A DNA stretch of 64,000 bases from an uncultured Gammaproteobacteria bacterium. GTDB lineage: Bacteria > Pseudomonadota > Gammaproteobacteria > JAURND01. The stretch lies in contig CAVQQD010000003.1 in assembly GCA_963714975.1 (NCBI GenBank), positions 802,453-866,452 of the forward strand. The letters run 5' to 3'. Below, piece by piece: positions 29,217 to 39,745 of this stretch (its first letter is position 1; the number at the start of each line of letters is the position of its first letter). The notes below the pieces were generated by a model. The model made no database searches. It worked only from the letters and a program-made list of their open reading frames with translations, and was not told the DNA's origin. The position numbers were made by a program, and so were the translations under genes.

Positions 29217-29335
29217 TTTTTCTCCTTGAGGATATGATGGAAAAGATAGGCAACATGCTAGCACAATCTATCCAGCTATAGAATATCGGCATTTTACTAT
29301 TTCGATATTGTCGCACTTGCCCTAAATTCGTGGAT

Positions 29336-30634
29336 TTATTCTTCAGATGAATCAGGCATTTGCCCAGGTTGGGGCGATGGACTTGAATGTAATGACCCCT
29401 TTGAGGAATCTGAATGCGTGGAGCCTGTGCTTGGAATTGGCGAATCTCGAGGTTCACTTCCTTCAGGTGGATCCTCAAAGAAAGAAACTGATGATTTCCT
29501 TGAAGATGGGGGTGAGGGTAGCGTTTGATATGATGCTGAACTCACCTGCTGGTTATTTAACGACACTTCTTCTGCTGGAGCCAATGTCGCACTCAGGCTG
29601 CTATAAGTAGAATTTCTAGGGACTGCACCCGTAGGAACGGATGCATGTTCATGGGTAGCAGGTTTATTATCATCAGTAAACCAATATATCCCTACCAAGA
29701 GAGAAGCCAGCCCGCCTACTGCCCCTCCACACCCCATTAAGATATAAGAAGCGATTGTTGGCACGCTGAGTATATTGTTCAATAGCATGATGCCTGTTGC
29801 AGTTAAGATCCCATTAGCGAGTGCATTAATTAAAATACTAAATTGTTTGCCAGCTGGGGCTGTTCTATATGCCTTAGCAAAGAAAGCGGGATTTCCAAAG
29901 ATTATGGGTAAGTATTTGCCGTAATAAATATAGGCTGAAGTTCCTCCTAAGCTGAGGGCAATTATCACGCTGGGTAAAAAAGCGAGATGAAAAGCGGTCA
30001 TAAATCCCGCAGTTAAATAAGCACAAAATGATAAAACTGTCAGTACGGCGAGTAATGAACCCCATAAGCTATTGCCTTTTTTATCTGCAAAGGTATTTTC
30101 TTTGGAGTTATCAGTTTTATTTTTCTCCTCGTATCCTTCTAAGAAAGTTTCCCACTCGGTTATAGCATTAAAAAGTGCGCCAGAAATTCCTGTCGCCAGA
30201 GCTACATAGAACCAGGCTTGGCTTGCTTCCATGGTCAATGAAAGCATATAGCCAGCACTGCTAATTAAGATTGCATTGCCAAAAATAAGAGCAATTCCTA
30301 AAATAAATTTAAGTTTTTCTGTGTGGCTGTCTAATCCAGAAAAAATCGAAGCTTCTTTTCGAAATAAACGATTTATAAAGTCATTAAATAATTTGACATT
30401 CATGTGGTGATTCACATAGCTGCTGCAAATACCAACCGCGCTACTGAAAAATGCCAAGCTCACTTCTTTAATATTGCCCAAAGTTTTGAAAATAGAATAA
30501 TTACTACCCAATACTTCTAAAGTAGCAATAAAATTTTGATAGCCGGTAACCAGTCCAGAGACAATCGAGGTTCCAAGGACACGCCAATTATAAGGTTCTT
30601 GAGGTTCTTGCTTAGAAATTTTCTGTTCGCCCAT
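29336..30634 (-). CDS. Multi-TM hypothetical protein with Ser/Pro-rich acidic tail
   Basis: Many TM helices and a low-complexity C-terminus ending DSSEE. Confidence 0.75.
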   Translation of the reverse strand: MGEQKISKQEPQEPYNWRVLGTSIVSGLVTGYQNFIATLEVLGSNYSIFKTLGNIKEVSLAFFSSAVGICSSYVNHHMNVKLFNDFINRLFRKEASIFSGLDSHTEKLKFILGIALIFGNAILISSAGYMLSLTMEASQAWFYVALATGISGALFNAITEWETFLEGYEEKNKTDNSKENTFADKKGNSLWGSLLAVLTVLSFCAYLTAGFMTAFHLAFLPSVIIALSLGGTSAYIYYGKYLPIIFGNPAFFAKAYRTAPAGKQFSILINALANGILTATGIMLLNNILSVPTIASYILMGCGGAVGGLASLLVGIYWFTDDNKPATHEHASVPTGAVPRNSTYSSLSATLAPAEEVSLNNQQVSSASYQTLPSPPSSRKSSVSFFEDPPEGSEPRDSPIPSTGSTHSDSSKGSLHSSPSPQPGQMPDSSEE

Positions 30635-30810
30635 ATGACACCATACCAATTATAAATTATGCTAATGCACGGAAAATACCAATCACGCCGAGTTAATTGC
30701 TTAGGTATGGCGTCACATTGAATACAATGCGATTTTAGAATTACTACATGAATTGTAATGATGAATGTTCATAGTATCACCCCTGCCTTCAAATCAATTA
30801 ATAAGGAGCG

Positions 30811-30846
30811 AAAAAAAACCACTACGCTAAAGCTGTAGTGGTTTTT
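30811..30846. terminator. Bidirectional terminator-like hairpin
   Basis: aaaaaaaaccactacgctaaagctgtagtggttttt. Confidence 0.5.
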
Positions 30847-31100
30847 GATACGCTTTAGCCATATTTATAAAGCGCTTGCAAGCTGTAGCTCAAATTAGCG
30901 CTAATTTCCTAAGGCCTAATACTAACCCATAAGTTAGAAAAAAACAAGCATTATCAACACAATTTGGCAAGCTTGAGCGCCTAGGCCACAAGCCCAGTCC
31001 AAGCAATTGGCATGGAAGAATGCTGGGAAATGGCCTATAGTTACCAAAACGCACTGGGAACCAGCGGTTATTTGCTGTTTTTGGCAAATCAGGGGGGTAA

Positions 31101-32330
31101 ATGAAGTTTATAGTGTTTTTTATTGGATTGAAGCAACTTGAAAATTATTCATTTAACCGAATCCAAGATAGAGAAAAATATCGTTTTGTTTGCATTATGT
31201 CAGAGAGCGATAGAAATCGTATGCCTGAAAATTATAGCGATTTATTCGATAAAATCTATAGCACACCAAGTCAAGAAAAATTACCGGATCTAGATTTGGA
31301 AGGAGTTATAGCAATTGTCAATCAAGAAATTCATGGAGCTACAGATTTGGAAAAAATATCTATCATTTGCCAAGATGAGACCCATGTTATGGTTGCTGCG
31401 CAATTAAGAACTTTATTTAACATTGGATCTGGCATAAGATTTAATGAAATCAAGCCCTTTAGAAATAAAATGTTAATGAAGGAAATTTTAGCAAAATCGA
31501 ACATCAGAGTCCCACGAAATTTCCCACTTAATCACACCAACGCTGATTTCAATAAAATAGTAGAAGTCTTGGGTCTGCCGTTTATTATGAAGCCTATAGA
31601 TTCTTCTGGAAGTTTTGGCGTCAAAAAAATCCAGAATGCTGAAGAATTCACTAAGATGATCGAAGCAATTGACAATTTAAATTTAGAATCCCATGAGGTG
31701 GAAGAATTTATTTCAGGAAAATTATTCCATTGGGATAGTGCAGCGAAAAATAAAAAATTGTTATTTATGGAGGGATCTTTATATAACCGTCCTCCCTTAG
31801 AATTTTTACAGGGAAATACCTTAGGAAGTATTCCACTGCTTCACGACGATCCTTTTCGCTCAAAGTTGGTAAAATTTGCTACTGAATCCCTGTTTGCTCT
31901 TGGTATGCCGGAAGGTCTCCAGCATATGGAAATTTTCCTGAATGACCAAGGTGACTACATATTTCTCGAGGTAGCTGCTAGAGCGCCTGGCTTCATTGCG
32001 TCTAAAGTTTATGCGAATACTTTTAATCAGAATCCACTAGACATTGATTTAAACATAGAGGCGGGAATAAATTTTATAGAGACAGGGGATGTCTTAGGGC
32101 CATCATTTTGGGCAATTTTCCCCCTGGAGGATGGGGTAATTAAAGAATTAATTGAACCAGAACTGGAAAGTAATTATCAAATATCCTGGAGAGTCCAAGT
32201 GGGTCAAACGACACAAAAATCAAAATCTCTTTCGGACATAAGCGCTCTGGTTTTTGTTTCCAATCCAAATTACGAGAAGTTAAAGAAAGATTTTCAAAAA
32301 ATTTCAGTACATAAGGCAACTGTCTATTAA
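31101..32330 (+). CDS. ATP-grasp domain protein (amino-acid ligase-like)
   Basis: FRNKMLMK, PFIMKPIDSSGSFGV, VEEFISG, QHMEIF, FLEVAARAPG. Confidence 0.88.
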   Translation: MKFIVFFIGLKQLENYSFNRIQDREKYRFVCIMSESDRNRMPENYSDLFDKIYSTPSQEKLPDLDLEGVIAIVNQEIHGATDLEKISIICQDETHVMVAAQLRTLFNIGSGIRFNEIKPFRNKMLMKEILAKSNIRVPRNFPLNHTNADFNKIVEVLGLPFIMKPIDSSGSFGVKKIQNAEEFTKMIEAIDNLNLESHEVEEFISGKLFHWDSAAKNKKLLFMEGSLYNRPPLEFLQGNTLGSIPLLHDDPFRSKLVKFATESLFALGMPEGLQHMEIFLNDQGDYIFLEVAARAPGFIASKVYANTFNQNPLDIDLNIEAGINFIETGDVLGPSFWAIFPLEDGVIKELIEPELESNYQISWRVQVGQTTQKSKSLSDISALVFVSNPNYEKLKKDFQKISVHKATVY

Positions 32331-32734
32331 GGTTTATTTTGGCTTTTTAAAAAATCAGGTGGAGGCCATCCTGTTTCAGAAAAATAATCAAAATAGTTTA
32401 TGGTAATTTCTTCCCCTGGGTTAATATCTTTAATTGCCGTAGCGATAATTATTTTGTTTTTCTTTTGGCAACGAGTATTTGGGTTTAAGCTATGATTTAA
32501 ATAACGTGCGCCACCAATTTGAAAAATATTTAATTGGTTATATTTTCTATCATAAGCTCCGTAGAGGTCCTTTTTTTCAAACTCACCAGCTAGACTTTTA
32601 TCAATTACAGCAGTGCCAAATACAAAGCCTGCAGGTATGAATTTTTTGCTGAATAAACCCATACCATGAGTCTTTGATTTTTTAACCTCCACCACTCCGT
32701 TGCTTAAAATAAACGAATTTTCTCTAAAACTCAT
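32327..32734 (-). CDS. SET-domain protein-lysine methyltransferase
   Basis: KSKTHGMGLFS, RYLNHSLNPN, AIKDINPGEEITINY; ATG at 32734 with RBS gaggt. Confidence 0.88.
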   Translation of the reverse strand: MSFRENSFILSNGVVEVKKSKTHGMGLFSKKFIPAGFVFGTAVIDKSLAGEFEKKDLYGAYDRKYNQLNIFQIGGARYLNHSLNPNTRCQKKNKIIIATAIKDINPGEEITINYFDYFSETGWPPPDFLKSQNKP

Positions 32735-32767
32735 AATAATTACCTCATTATAAGTATAGTAGAATTC

Positions 32768-32921
32768 TTGTGAGCTCAAACTGAACTGAAGTCCCGCCGC
32801 CCGCCTACGGGGTCCTGCCGCGCGGACAACCCGCCGTGCTCGGCTACGAGCACGGCGGGTTGTCCGCGCGGCAGGACCCCGTAGGCGGGCGGCGGGACTT
32901 CAGTTCAGTTTGAGCTCACAA
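32768..32921. repeat. Perfect inverted repeat: 75-bp arms, 4-nt loop
   Basis: 32768-32842 is the exact reverse complement of 32847-32921; the loop is gcta. Confidence 0.97.
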
Positions 32922-33044
32922 AATTTTTAATAAGAGATGAATATCCAGTCCGAGCCTGGTTGGCGGATAGAAATTGAGCCGTTAAGTGCTTCTTGAGTAG
33001 GGGAATAGAATGAACAAATTTGGTTGCCCACCTTGTCATAGGAG

Positions 33045-33345
33045 CTAGGCTGTAGACCTGGAGCGAGATCGACGAAGTTTTTTTCCCATTCCCTGGGCTA
33101 ATAAAGTAGCTGTTAACATATTGAGACTGACGCCTTCCTCTTTAGCTCGCATAGCTAGTGCTGTATGAAGACTTTTCGGTAAGCGCAATCGCCATTGACC
33201 ACTCTTTTGTCCTAAAAGTTACATGACTAGTTCCAGGCTGTCGGTGTTCTAAGCCATATCTATTTGCTATTGTTTTGATATTTTCTATATTCGAGTCTCG
33301 AGGATTATTACGCATCTTTTCTAGTATTTTTTCAGTTTTGCTCAT
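33045..33345 (-). pseudogene. hicA: hicAB toxin-antitoxin remnant with internal deletion
   Basis: The HicA N-terminus (EKMRNNPRD...RQPGTSHVTFR) abuts an out-of-frame HicB C-terminus (SGQWRLRLPKSLHTALAMRAKEEGVSLN). Confidence 0.8.
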
Positions 33346-33397
33346 GTAGGAAGGATACCAAATATGGAGCCAAATTCAAGCATCTGGGCTTTTTTTG

Positions 33398-33913
33398 TTA
33401 ACTTGCCATTTTTAGTGCTGAGTTTTCATCCTCTTTTATCGAATGGTAAACTTTATCTATTTGATCATAACCGCCTAGGAGGCCTCCCAACATTATAGTG
33501 GCTGTGAAACACACGCTAGCGATTAAAGTAGCACTATCTGGATAACCTAATTGATTTCCTAGCATAGCAATTTGTTGATAAGTGCCCACAGCGCCGGCGC
33601 CAATGACAAATAAAAAGCTAGGTATAGTAATCGCTAAAAATAGTTTAGCCTTAAAATTATTACTTTGTTCGACTTCTGGAGTTATCGCTGATGGCTTAAA
33701 TGGAGTTTTTCTATTCTGTAATACAAACAAACTATAGAAGAAAACAGCGGCGCAATAAGTAGCAGCAATGCCGGTGAGAATAGCAAGCGCCAAACCTGAA
33801 TTTGTGGGGAAGGTGAGGTAAACATAACCAATAGTCATTGCTAAGTTCACCCCAAGTCCAGCTACTGTTGTTGCGAAAGTTAGTTTGCCTCTTGCTTCTT
33901 GCGATATCGTCAT
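33398..33913 (-). CDS. Hypothetical 4-TM membrane protein
   Basis: Hydrophobic ORF from MTISQE. Confidence 0.65.
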   Translation of the reverse strand: MTISQEARGKLTFATTVAGLGVNLAMTIGYVYLTFPTNSGLALAILTGIAATYCAAVFFYSLFVLQNRKTPFKPSAITPEVEQSNNFKAKLFLAITIPSFLFVIGAGAVGTYQQIAMLGNQLGYPDSATLIASVCFTATIMLGGLLGGYDQIDKVYHSIKEDENSALKMAS

Positions 33914-33944
33914 GTTTTTATTCTCATCAGTAAGTAACGCGAAC

Positions 33945-34355
33945 TTAAAAACTTGCGCATATATTTTCATCGACACGAAGCACTGATTCTTGCGCAAATG
34001 CATGCTTATAATCCGCGATAATCGCATTGATTGCCTCATTATCCTTCGCGGTACCGTTGTGGATGCTGATCAAGATCTTGCTGTTCTCTGAAATCGTTCG
34101 ATTGGCATTTTTGCTTAACCAAAACCCGTTGGCGTCAAGGACGGTGAAACCTTCAGGAAAACGAGGTGTAATTTTATGCGCGACAAAGGCCTGCCACTCG
34201 CGCGCACTGACTTCACCATTGGATTTGCTCAAGCCGAAGTAAAGCTGGGTTTCTATGGCTGTCTTGCCGTCAGCAAGACAGTGTGGCTGATTGGGCACGC
34301 TGCAAGCGCTAAGCACCAATGCGAGGCCCATTGCAATAACCATTCTCATAATCAC
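33945..34355 (-). CDS. DUF3574-like lipoprotein
   Basis: Lipobox LSAC; TQLYFGLS, EWQAFV..ITPRFPEGFTVLDA.G.W, YKHAFAQESVLR. Confidence 0.85.
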   Translation of the reverse strand: MIMRMVIAMGLALVLSACSVPNQPHCLADGKTAIETQLYFGLSKSNGEVSAREWQAFVAHKITPRFPEGFTVLDANGFWLSKNANRTISENSKILISIHNGTAKDNEAINAIIADYKHAFAQESVLRVDENICASF

Positions 34356-34409
34356 ATCATCTTATAGCTAATTTGGGTAATGCTAACAATTTTTGTGCTA
34401 AAATACCAC

Positions 34410-37400
34410 ATGAATTTACATCCCTTAGTCCAAGATTGGTTTTCTAGTCACTTGGGTTCGCCTACTGAGCCGCAACAACAAGGCTGGCCCGCCATAGCGG
34501 CTGGAAAATCGGTATTAATTTCTGCACCCACGGGTTCTGGAAAAACCTTAGCGGCCTTCTTAATTTGCATCGATCGTTTAGTGCGCAAAGCGCTGGTCGA
34601 TGAATTGACTGACTCTACCGAAGTGCTCTATGTTTCGCCACTAAAAGCGCTCAGTAATGATATCGAGAAAAATCTTGCCCGACCTTTAGCTGAAATTGCT
34701 GTTTTAGCCGAACAACGTGGCTTAAAAATGGCAGAAATCCGTGTTGCGCTACGCACTGGCGATACCTCCACGCGTGATCGTCTAGCGATGTTACGAAAAG
34801 CACCGCATATTTTGGTGACAACTCCCGAATCATTGTATCTGTTACTTACTGCCGAAAAAAGTCGCGCTTTGCTAACTCGAATTAAGACGGTGATTGTCGA
34901 CGAAATCCATGCGTTAGTAAATGATAAACGTGGCACGCATTTAGCTTTGTCGCTAGAGCGTTTAGCAGCTATCACCGCAGAACCCCCAGTGCGGATTGGT
35001 TTATCCGCGACGCAAAAACCTCTCGATTTAGTGGCGCGTTTTTTAGTGGGAACTTACCGCCCACAGCCGGTCATTGTTGATATTGGTTATGCTCGTCAAT
35101 TAGATTTGGCAATCGAAGTTCCGCGTTCTCCGTTAGGTCCCATTACTTCGAATGCGATTTGGGATGAACTATACGATCGCATTGCGGAATTGGCCAGACA
35201 AAATCGTTCGACCCTTATTTTTGTGAATACACGCCGCTTAGCCGAACGCATTGCGCATTGCTTGGCCGAGCGTTTAGGTGCAAATCAAGTGGCAGCTCAT
35301 CACGGCAGTTTATCCCGCAAAATCCGTTTGACCGTGGAAAATAAATTAAAAAACGGCGAATTAACCGCCCTGGTTGCCACCGCCTCGTTGGAATTAGGTA
35401 TTGATATTGGCACTGTAGATCTGGTATGCCAGATTGGGTCGCCACGGGCCATTGCTGTGGCTTTGCAGCGTATTGGTCGTGCTGGACACTGGCATGGGGC
35501 AGTGGCTAAGGGCCGTATTTTTGCGACCACGCGTAATGAATTATTGGAATGCGCCGCCTTAGTTTATGCGATTCGCGCTGGTGATTTAGATCAATTGCTG
35601 CTCCCGCAACAACCCACGGATATTTTAGCCCAGCAAATTGTCGCCACCTGTGCTACCGGTGAATGGACGGTGGAGGCATTATACACGTTAATAACCGGGG
35701 CTTATCCCTATGCCAATTTATCGCGAGAGCTGTTTTTTGCTGTTTTAACCATGCTGGCTGATGGCATTGCTGGATCGCGGGGACGCTATGGGGCTTATTT
35801 GCATTGGGATCGCGTCAACCAGATCATCCGTGCGCGTCGAGGGAGCCGCATGGTGGCTATTACTAGTGGTGGTGCTATTCCAGATAATGGCTTATTTCAG
35901 GTGATTGCCGAGCCTGAACATCTTTTGGTCGGGAGTTTAGACGAGGATTTTGCCATTGAAAGTAATCGTGGTGATATTTTTTTGCTTGGCAGTACTTCGT
36001 GGTGCGTTCAACAAATCCAAAGTACTAGTGGTAAAGTCCTGGTCGAGGATGCGCGTGGAATGCCTCCCAATGTGCCGTTTTGGCGGGGAGAAGCGCCTGC
36101 GCGCACTAAAGAATTATCACTGCATGTCAGCCAGCTCCGACAAACTTTAAGTGACTTATTGGGGAATAATTCAGAATCGCCAGCAATAGCAGCCACAATT
36201 AATTGGTTGCATACCCATTGCCATTTGGATGCTCAGGCTGCAGAGCAACTGATTGAGTACCTATTGCAAGGCCGTGCTATTTTGGGAGCAGTGCCAACGC
36301 AGTCAATGATTATTGCCGAACGTTTTTTTGATGAAAGTGGTGGGATGCAGTTAATTATTCATGCGCCGTTTGGTGCGCGAATCAATAAAGCCTGGGGACT
36401 TGCACTCAGAAAACGGTTTTGTCGTTCATTTAATTTTGAATTACAGGCAGCGGCCACCGATGACGGGATTAATATTTCATTAGCAGAGCAGCATAGTTTT
36501 CCCTTGGCAGATGTATTTGATTTTTTGCATCCGAACACGGTGCCAGAAGTGTTAACCCAAGCGGTTTTACCACTGCCGTTATTTGCTACGCGGTGGCGTT
36601 GGGATGCGAGTCGCTCTTTAGCCTTGCCACGTTTTTTTAATGGCAAAAAAGTGCCGCCGCAAATTTTGCGTATGCGCGCCGAAGATTTATTAGCAGCGGT
36701 TTTTCCTGAGGCAGTGGCCTGTCAAGATAATTTAGGTGGACGGGATATTGCCTTACCGGATCATCCTTTGGTCAATGAAGCGATGAAAGATGTATTGACC
36801 GAAGCTTTGGATTTAGCGGGTTTGATTCAGGTGTTGGCAAACATTAAAAGTGGGGAAATTCACACTAAGGCAGTGGATACGGCTTTTCCTTCGCCTTTTG
36901 CGCATGAAATTCTCAATGCTAATCCCTATGCATTTTTAGATGATGCGCCTTTGGAAGAACGCCGAGCGCGCGCCGTAGAAATGCGTCGTGTGTTACCAGC
37001 AGCAGCGCTGCAGGAAGTAGGGCGCTTAGATCCTGTGGCAATAATGGAAGTGCAACAGCAGGTCTGGCCGGATATTCGCAATGCAGATGAGTTGCATGAT
37101 AGTTTATTAACGTTAATCGCATGGCCTCATTCACCCGTCGTCCTGGCAGAATGTCAGGATCCAGACAGCAGGGATGCAAAAATTTCACTTCCTTGTGGAC
37201 TGGGTTTTGGCTTTCCTGCCGGAACGACAAGCTCTTTGGAGCTGCATTTTGTAGCATTAAAAAAAGCAGGTCGGGTAGCAACAGCTTTGCATCAAGGCAA
37301 GAGTTTTTACTTTGCGGTGGAAAAAGCACAAATTTTTGCTGAGATTTATCCGCAAGCGGAAATCCCCCCTACCCCCCTTTGTCAAAGGGGGGATCATGAA

Positions 37401-38546
37401 ATTCCCCCCTTTGGCAAAGGGGGGTTAGGGGGGATTTTAGACCTGTTGCGAGGATGGTTATTGCATCTAGGCCCTGTGACGGCTAGTGAATTAAGTTCAG
37501 CATTGGCGTTGGAATTAAGCGCAGTAGAGCAAGGATTGTTACAACTTGAAGCCAGTGGCTTTGTGTTACGTGGGCATTTTAAGCACCCAGCAGAAGAAGA
37601 TGAAATAGAGTGGTGTGAACGCCGTTTATTAGCACGGATTCATCGCCAAACCATCAATCGCTTACGTCGAGCTATCGAACCCGTTACGCCAGAGAAATTT
37701 ATGAGTTGGTTAGCCAATTGGCAACACCTAGCTGCCGGGACGCAATTAGCAGGATTGCAGGGATTGCGTGAGATAATTAGGCAATGTCAGGGGCTTGAGC
37801 TGCCAGCAAAGCTATGGGAGCGCGATATTTTTGCAAAACGAGTGCGTGACTACGATGCGGGGATGCTGGATCGATTATGTTTGAGCGGAGAAGTTGCCTG
37901 GGGCCGCCTTTCTTGGCATTCTGGATTATTATCGGGAGAGGGGAGAATAATACCCAATCGTGCAATTCCAATTACGTTTTTTATAAGAGAAGATTCTAGC
38001 TGGATACCGACGCGCGCGCATTTAGAAGAACGAAATTTAGAAGTTCTAAGCCATGTGGCAGGAAAAATTTATCATTATCTCCAACAGCAAGGCGCGTGTT
38101 TTTTTGCTGATTTAGTACGCGGAGTGGGTTGTCTGCCAGCAGAAGCAGAACGAAGTTTATGGGAACTGATTGCAGCAGGATTAGTGACCGCTGATAGTTT
38201 TGATAATATGCGTGCCTTAATTGATCCGCGGCGTCGTTTGGGGCGTGGTAGACATCGTAGTGTTTTGCCGCGTTATAGTGGAGGACGTTGGGCCTTATTA
38301 CCCATGTTTGCAGCGGACGATACTGCGCAACAATTAGAAGCGGTGGGTTGGTTATTGCTGCGGCGTTATGGGGTTATATTTCGTGATCTGTTAGCACAGG
38401 AATCTTTAATTCCACGTTGGCGTGAACTGCTTCCTATCTTTCGCAGCCTCGAAGATCGGGGAGAAATTCGCGGGGGACGTTTCGTGAGCGGCGTGGTCGG
38501 CGAACAGTTCGCCTTACCGCAAGCAGTTGAATCCTTACGTAGTTGA
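34410..38546 (+). CDS. lhr: Lhr-family DEAD/H helicase
   Basis: APTGSGKT, DEIH, GLSAT, ATASLELGIDIG, QRIGRAGH, and a C-terminal winged-helix region. Confidence 0.92.
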   Translation: MNLHPLVQDWFSSHLGSPTEPQQQGWPAIAAGKSVLISAPTGSGKTLAAFLICIDRLVRKALVDELTDSTEVLYVSPLKALSNDIEKNLARPLAEIAVLAEQRGLKMAEIRVALRTGDTSTRDRLAMLRKAPHILVTTPESLYLLLTAEKSRALLTRIKTVIVDEIHALVNDKRGTHLALSLERLAAITAEPPVRIGLSATQKPLDLVARFLVGTYRPQPVIVDIGYARQLDLAIEVPRSPLGPITSNAIWDELYDRIAELARQNRSTLIFVNTRRLAERIAHCLAERLGANQVAAHHGSLSRKIRLTVENKLKNGELTALVATASLELGIDIGTVDLVCQIGSPRAIAVALQRIGRAGHWHGAVAKGRIFATTRNELLECAALVYAIRAGDLDQLLLPQQPTDILAQQIVATCATGEWTVEALYTLITGAYPYANLSRELFFAVLTMLADGIAGSRGRYGAYLHWDRVNQIIRARRGSRMVAITSGGAIPDNGLFQVIAEPEHLLVGSLDEDFAIESNRGDIFLLGSTSWCVQQIQSTSGKVLVEDARGMPPNVPFWRGEAPARTKELSLHVSQLRQTLSDLLGNNSESPAIAATINWLHTHCHLDAQAAEQLIEYLLQGRAILGAVPTQSMIIAERFFDESGGMQLIIHAPFGARINKAWGLALRKRFCRSFNFELQAAATDDGINISLAEQHSFPLADVFDFLHPNTVPEVLTQAVLPLPLFATRWRWDASRSLALPRFFNGKKVPPQILRMRAEDLLAAVFPEAVACQDNLGGRDIALPDHPLVNEAMKDVLTEALDLAGLIQVLANIKSGEIHTKAVDTAFPSPFAHEILNANPYAFLDDAPLEERRARAVEMRRVLPAAALQEVGRLDPVAIMEVQQQVWPDIRNADELHDSLLTLIAWPHSPVVLAECQDPDSRDAKISLPCGLGFGFPAGTTSSLELHFVALKKAGRVATALHQGKSFYFAVEKAQIFAEIYPQAEIPPTPLCQRGDHEIPPFGKGGLGGILDLLRGWLLHLGPVTASELSSALALELSAVEQGLLQLEASGFVLRGHFKHPAEEDEIEWCERRLLARIHRQTINRLRRAIEPVTPEKFMSWLANWQHLAAGTQLAGLQGLREIIRQCQGLELPAKLWERDIFAKRVRDYDAGMLDRLCLSGEVAWGRLSWHSGLLSGEGRIIPNRAIPITFFIREDSSWIPTRAHLEERNLEVLSHVAGKIYHYLQQQGACFFADLVRGVGCLPAEAERSLWELIAAGLVTADSFDNMRALIDPRRRLGRGRHRSVLPRYSGGRWALLPMFAADDTAQQLEAVGWLLLRRYGVIFRDLLAQESLIPRWRELLPIFRSLEDRGEIRGGRFVSGVVGEQFALPQAVESLRS
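37136..37228. repeat. Family C doublet in frame in lhr
   Basis: cgtcgtcctggcagaatgtcaggatccag...ctgggttttggctttcctgccggaacgac. Confidence 0.85.
37360..37437. repeat. Family B doublet in frame in lhr
   Basis: aaatcccccctacccccctttgtcaaagggggg...cccccctttggcaaaggggggttaggggggattt. Confidence 0.9.
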
Positions 38547-38648
38547 GGCCCATGTCTGAAACTCACCAGATGTGTCATCCCGCGAAGCGTTGGCGACAGG
38601 CAAGGCATAGTATAGAATGGCAATTATTTTAAAAGAAGAAAGAAACTT

Positions 38649-39638
38649 ATGAAAGCTATTCGTATCCATCAAACTGGTGATCCCAGCGTCCTGCAATTAG
38701 AAAACATTGAACGACCAAAGCCAGAAGCGGGGCAGGCGTTGGTTCGATTAAAAGCTGCAGGAGTGAATTTCATTGATATCTATATGCGCTCAGGACGCGA
38801 TCCCACCCATGTACCTTGTCCTTATACCCCAGGTTTTGAAGGGGCAGGCATTGTCGAAGCAGTCGGTGAGGGTGTTCACGAAGTAAAACCAGGGGATCGG
38901 GTCGCATATTCTTTGAGTTTAGGCTCCTATGCTGAATATAATTTAGTAAAAGCTTGGCAATTAATTCCGCTACCGGAAAGTTTAAGTTTTGAGCAAGCAG
39001 CGGCATTTCCTTTGCAAGGGATGACTGCGCACTATTTGCTGCATGAGTATTATCAAGTGAAACCTGGAGATTATGTGTTAGTTCATGCTGCGGCAGGCGG
39101 GGTGGGGCTTTTACTGGTTGAATGGCTCAAACATCGCGGTGCCACTGTCATTGGCACCGTATCTACGCCTGAAAAGGCAGAAGTTGCTCGCCAAGCCGGA
39201 GCAGATCATGTCATTTTATATACCAGCCAAGATTTTGTTGCTGAGACCAAGAAAATCACGCAAGATCGAGGCGTAGATTTTATTATTGATGGGGTTGGTA
39301 AATCGACATTCACTAAAGATTTAGAAGCTGTTCGTTATCGAGGACATATTTGTATTTTTGGTTCTTCCAGTGGTTCTGCAGAGCCTTTAGCGCCTAATTC
39401 ACTGCAATCAAAATCTCTGACAGTTTCTGGTGGCAGTTTGTTTAATTATGTAAATTCGCGTGAAGAAATTTTAACGCGTGCCCATGCGGTGTTACAAGGA
39501 GTTCAGGAAGGGTGGTTGAAATTGCGAATTGATAATGTTCTGTCACTCGAGCAAGCAGCAGAAGCGCATCGAATATTGGAAGGTCGCAAGACAGTTGGTA
39601 AAGTGGTATTAAAAATTTCGAAAGGTAAAGGATATTAA
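38649..39638 (+). CDS. qor: NADPH:quinone oxidoreductase, copy 1
   Basis: GVNFIDIY, PGFEGAG, HAAAGGVG, DGVGK. Confidence 0.92.
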   Translation: MKAIRIHQTGDPSVLQLENIERPKPEAGQALVRLKAAGVNFIDIYMRSGRDPTHVPCPYTPGFEGAGIVEAVGEGVHEVKPGDRVAYSLSLGSYAEYNLVKAWQLIPLPESLSFEQAAAFPLQGMTAHYLLHEYYQVKPGDYVLVHAAAGGVGLLLVEWLKHRGATVIGTVSTPEKAEVARQAGADHVILYTSQDFVAETKKITQDRGVDFIIDGVGKSTFTKDLEAVRYRGHICIFGSSSGSAEPLAPNSLQSKSLTVSGGSLFNYVNSREEILTRAHAVLQGVQEGWLKLRIDNVLSLEQAAEAHRILEGRKTVGKVVLKISKGKGY

Positions 39639-39745
39639 TCTATGTTAGATCTCTAGGGTTTAAGAGGATTTATGTTTTTCGATAGCGAGCTTAACTTTAT
39701 TTAACGTTTTTGCTGTGACTTTATCCTGGGTTTTGATCTTGCTTT

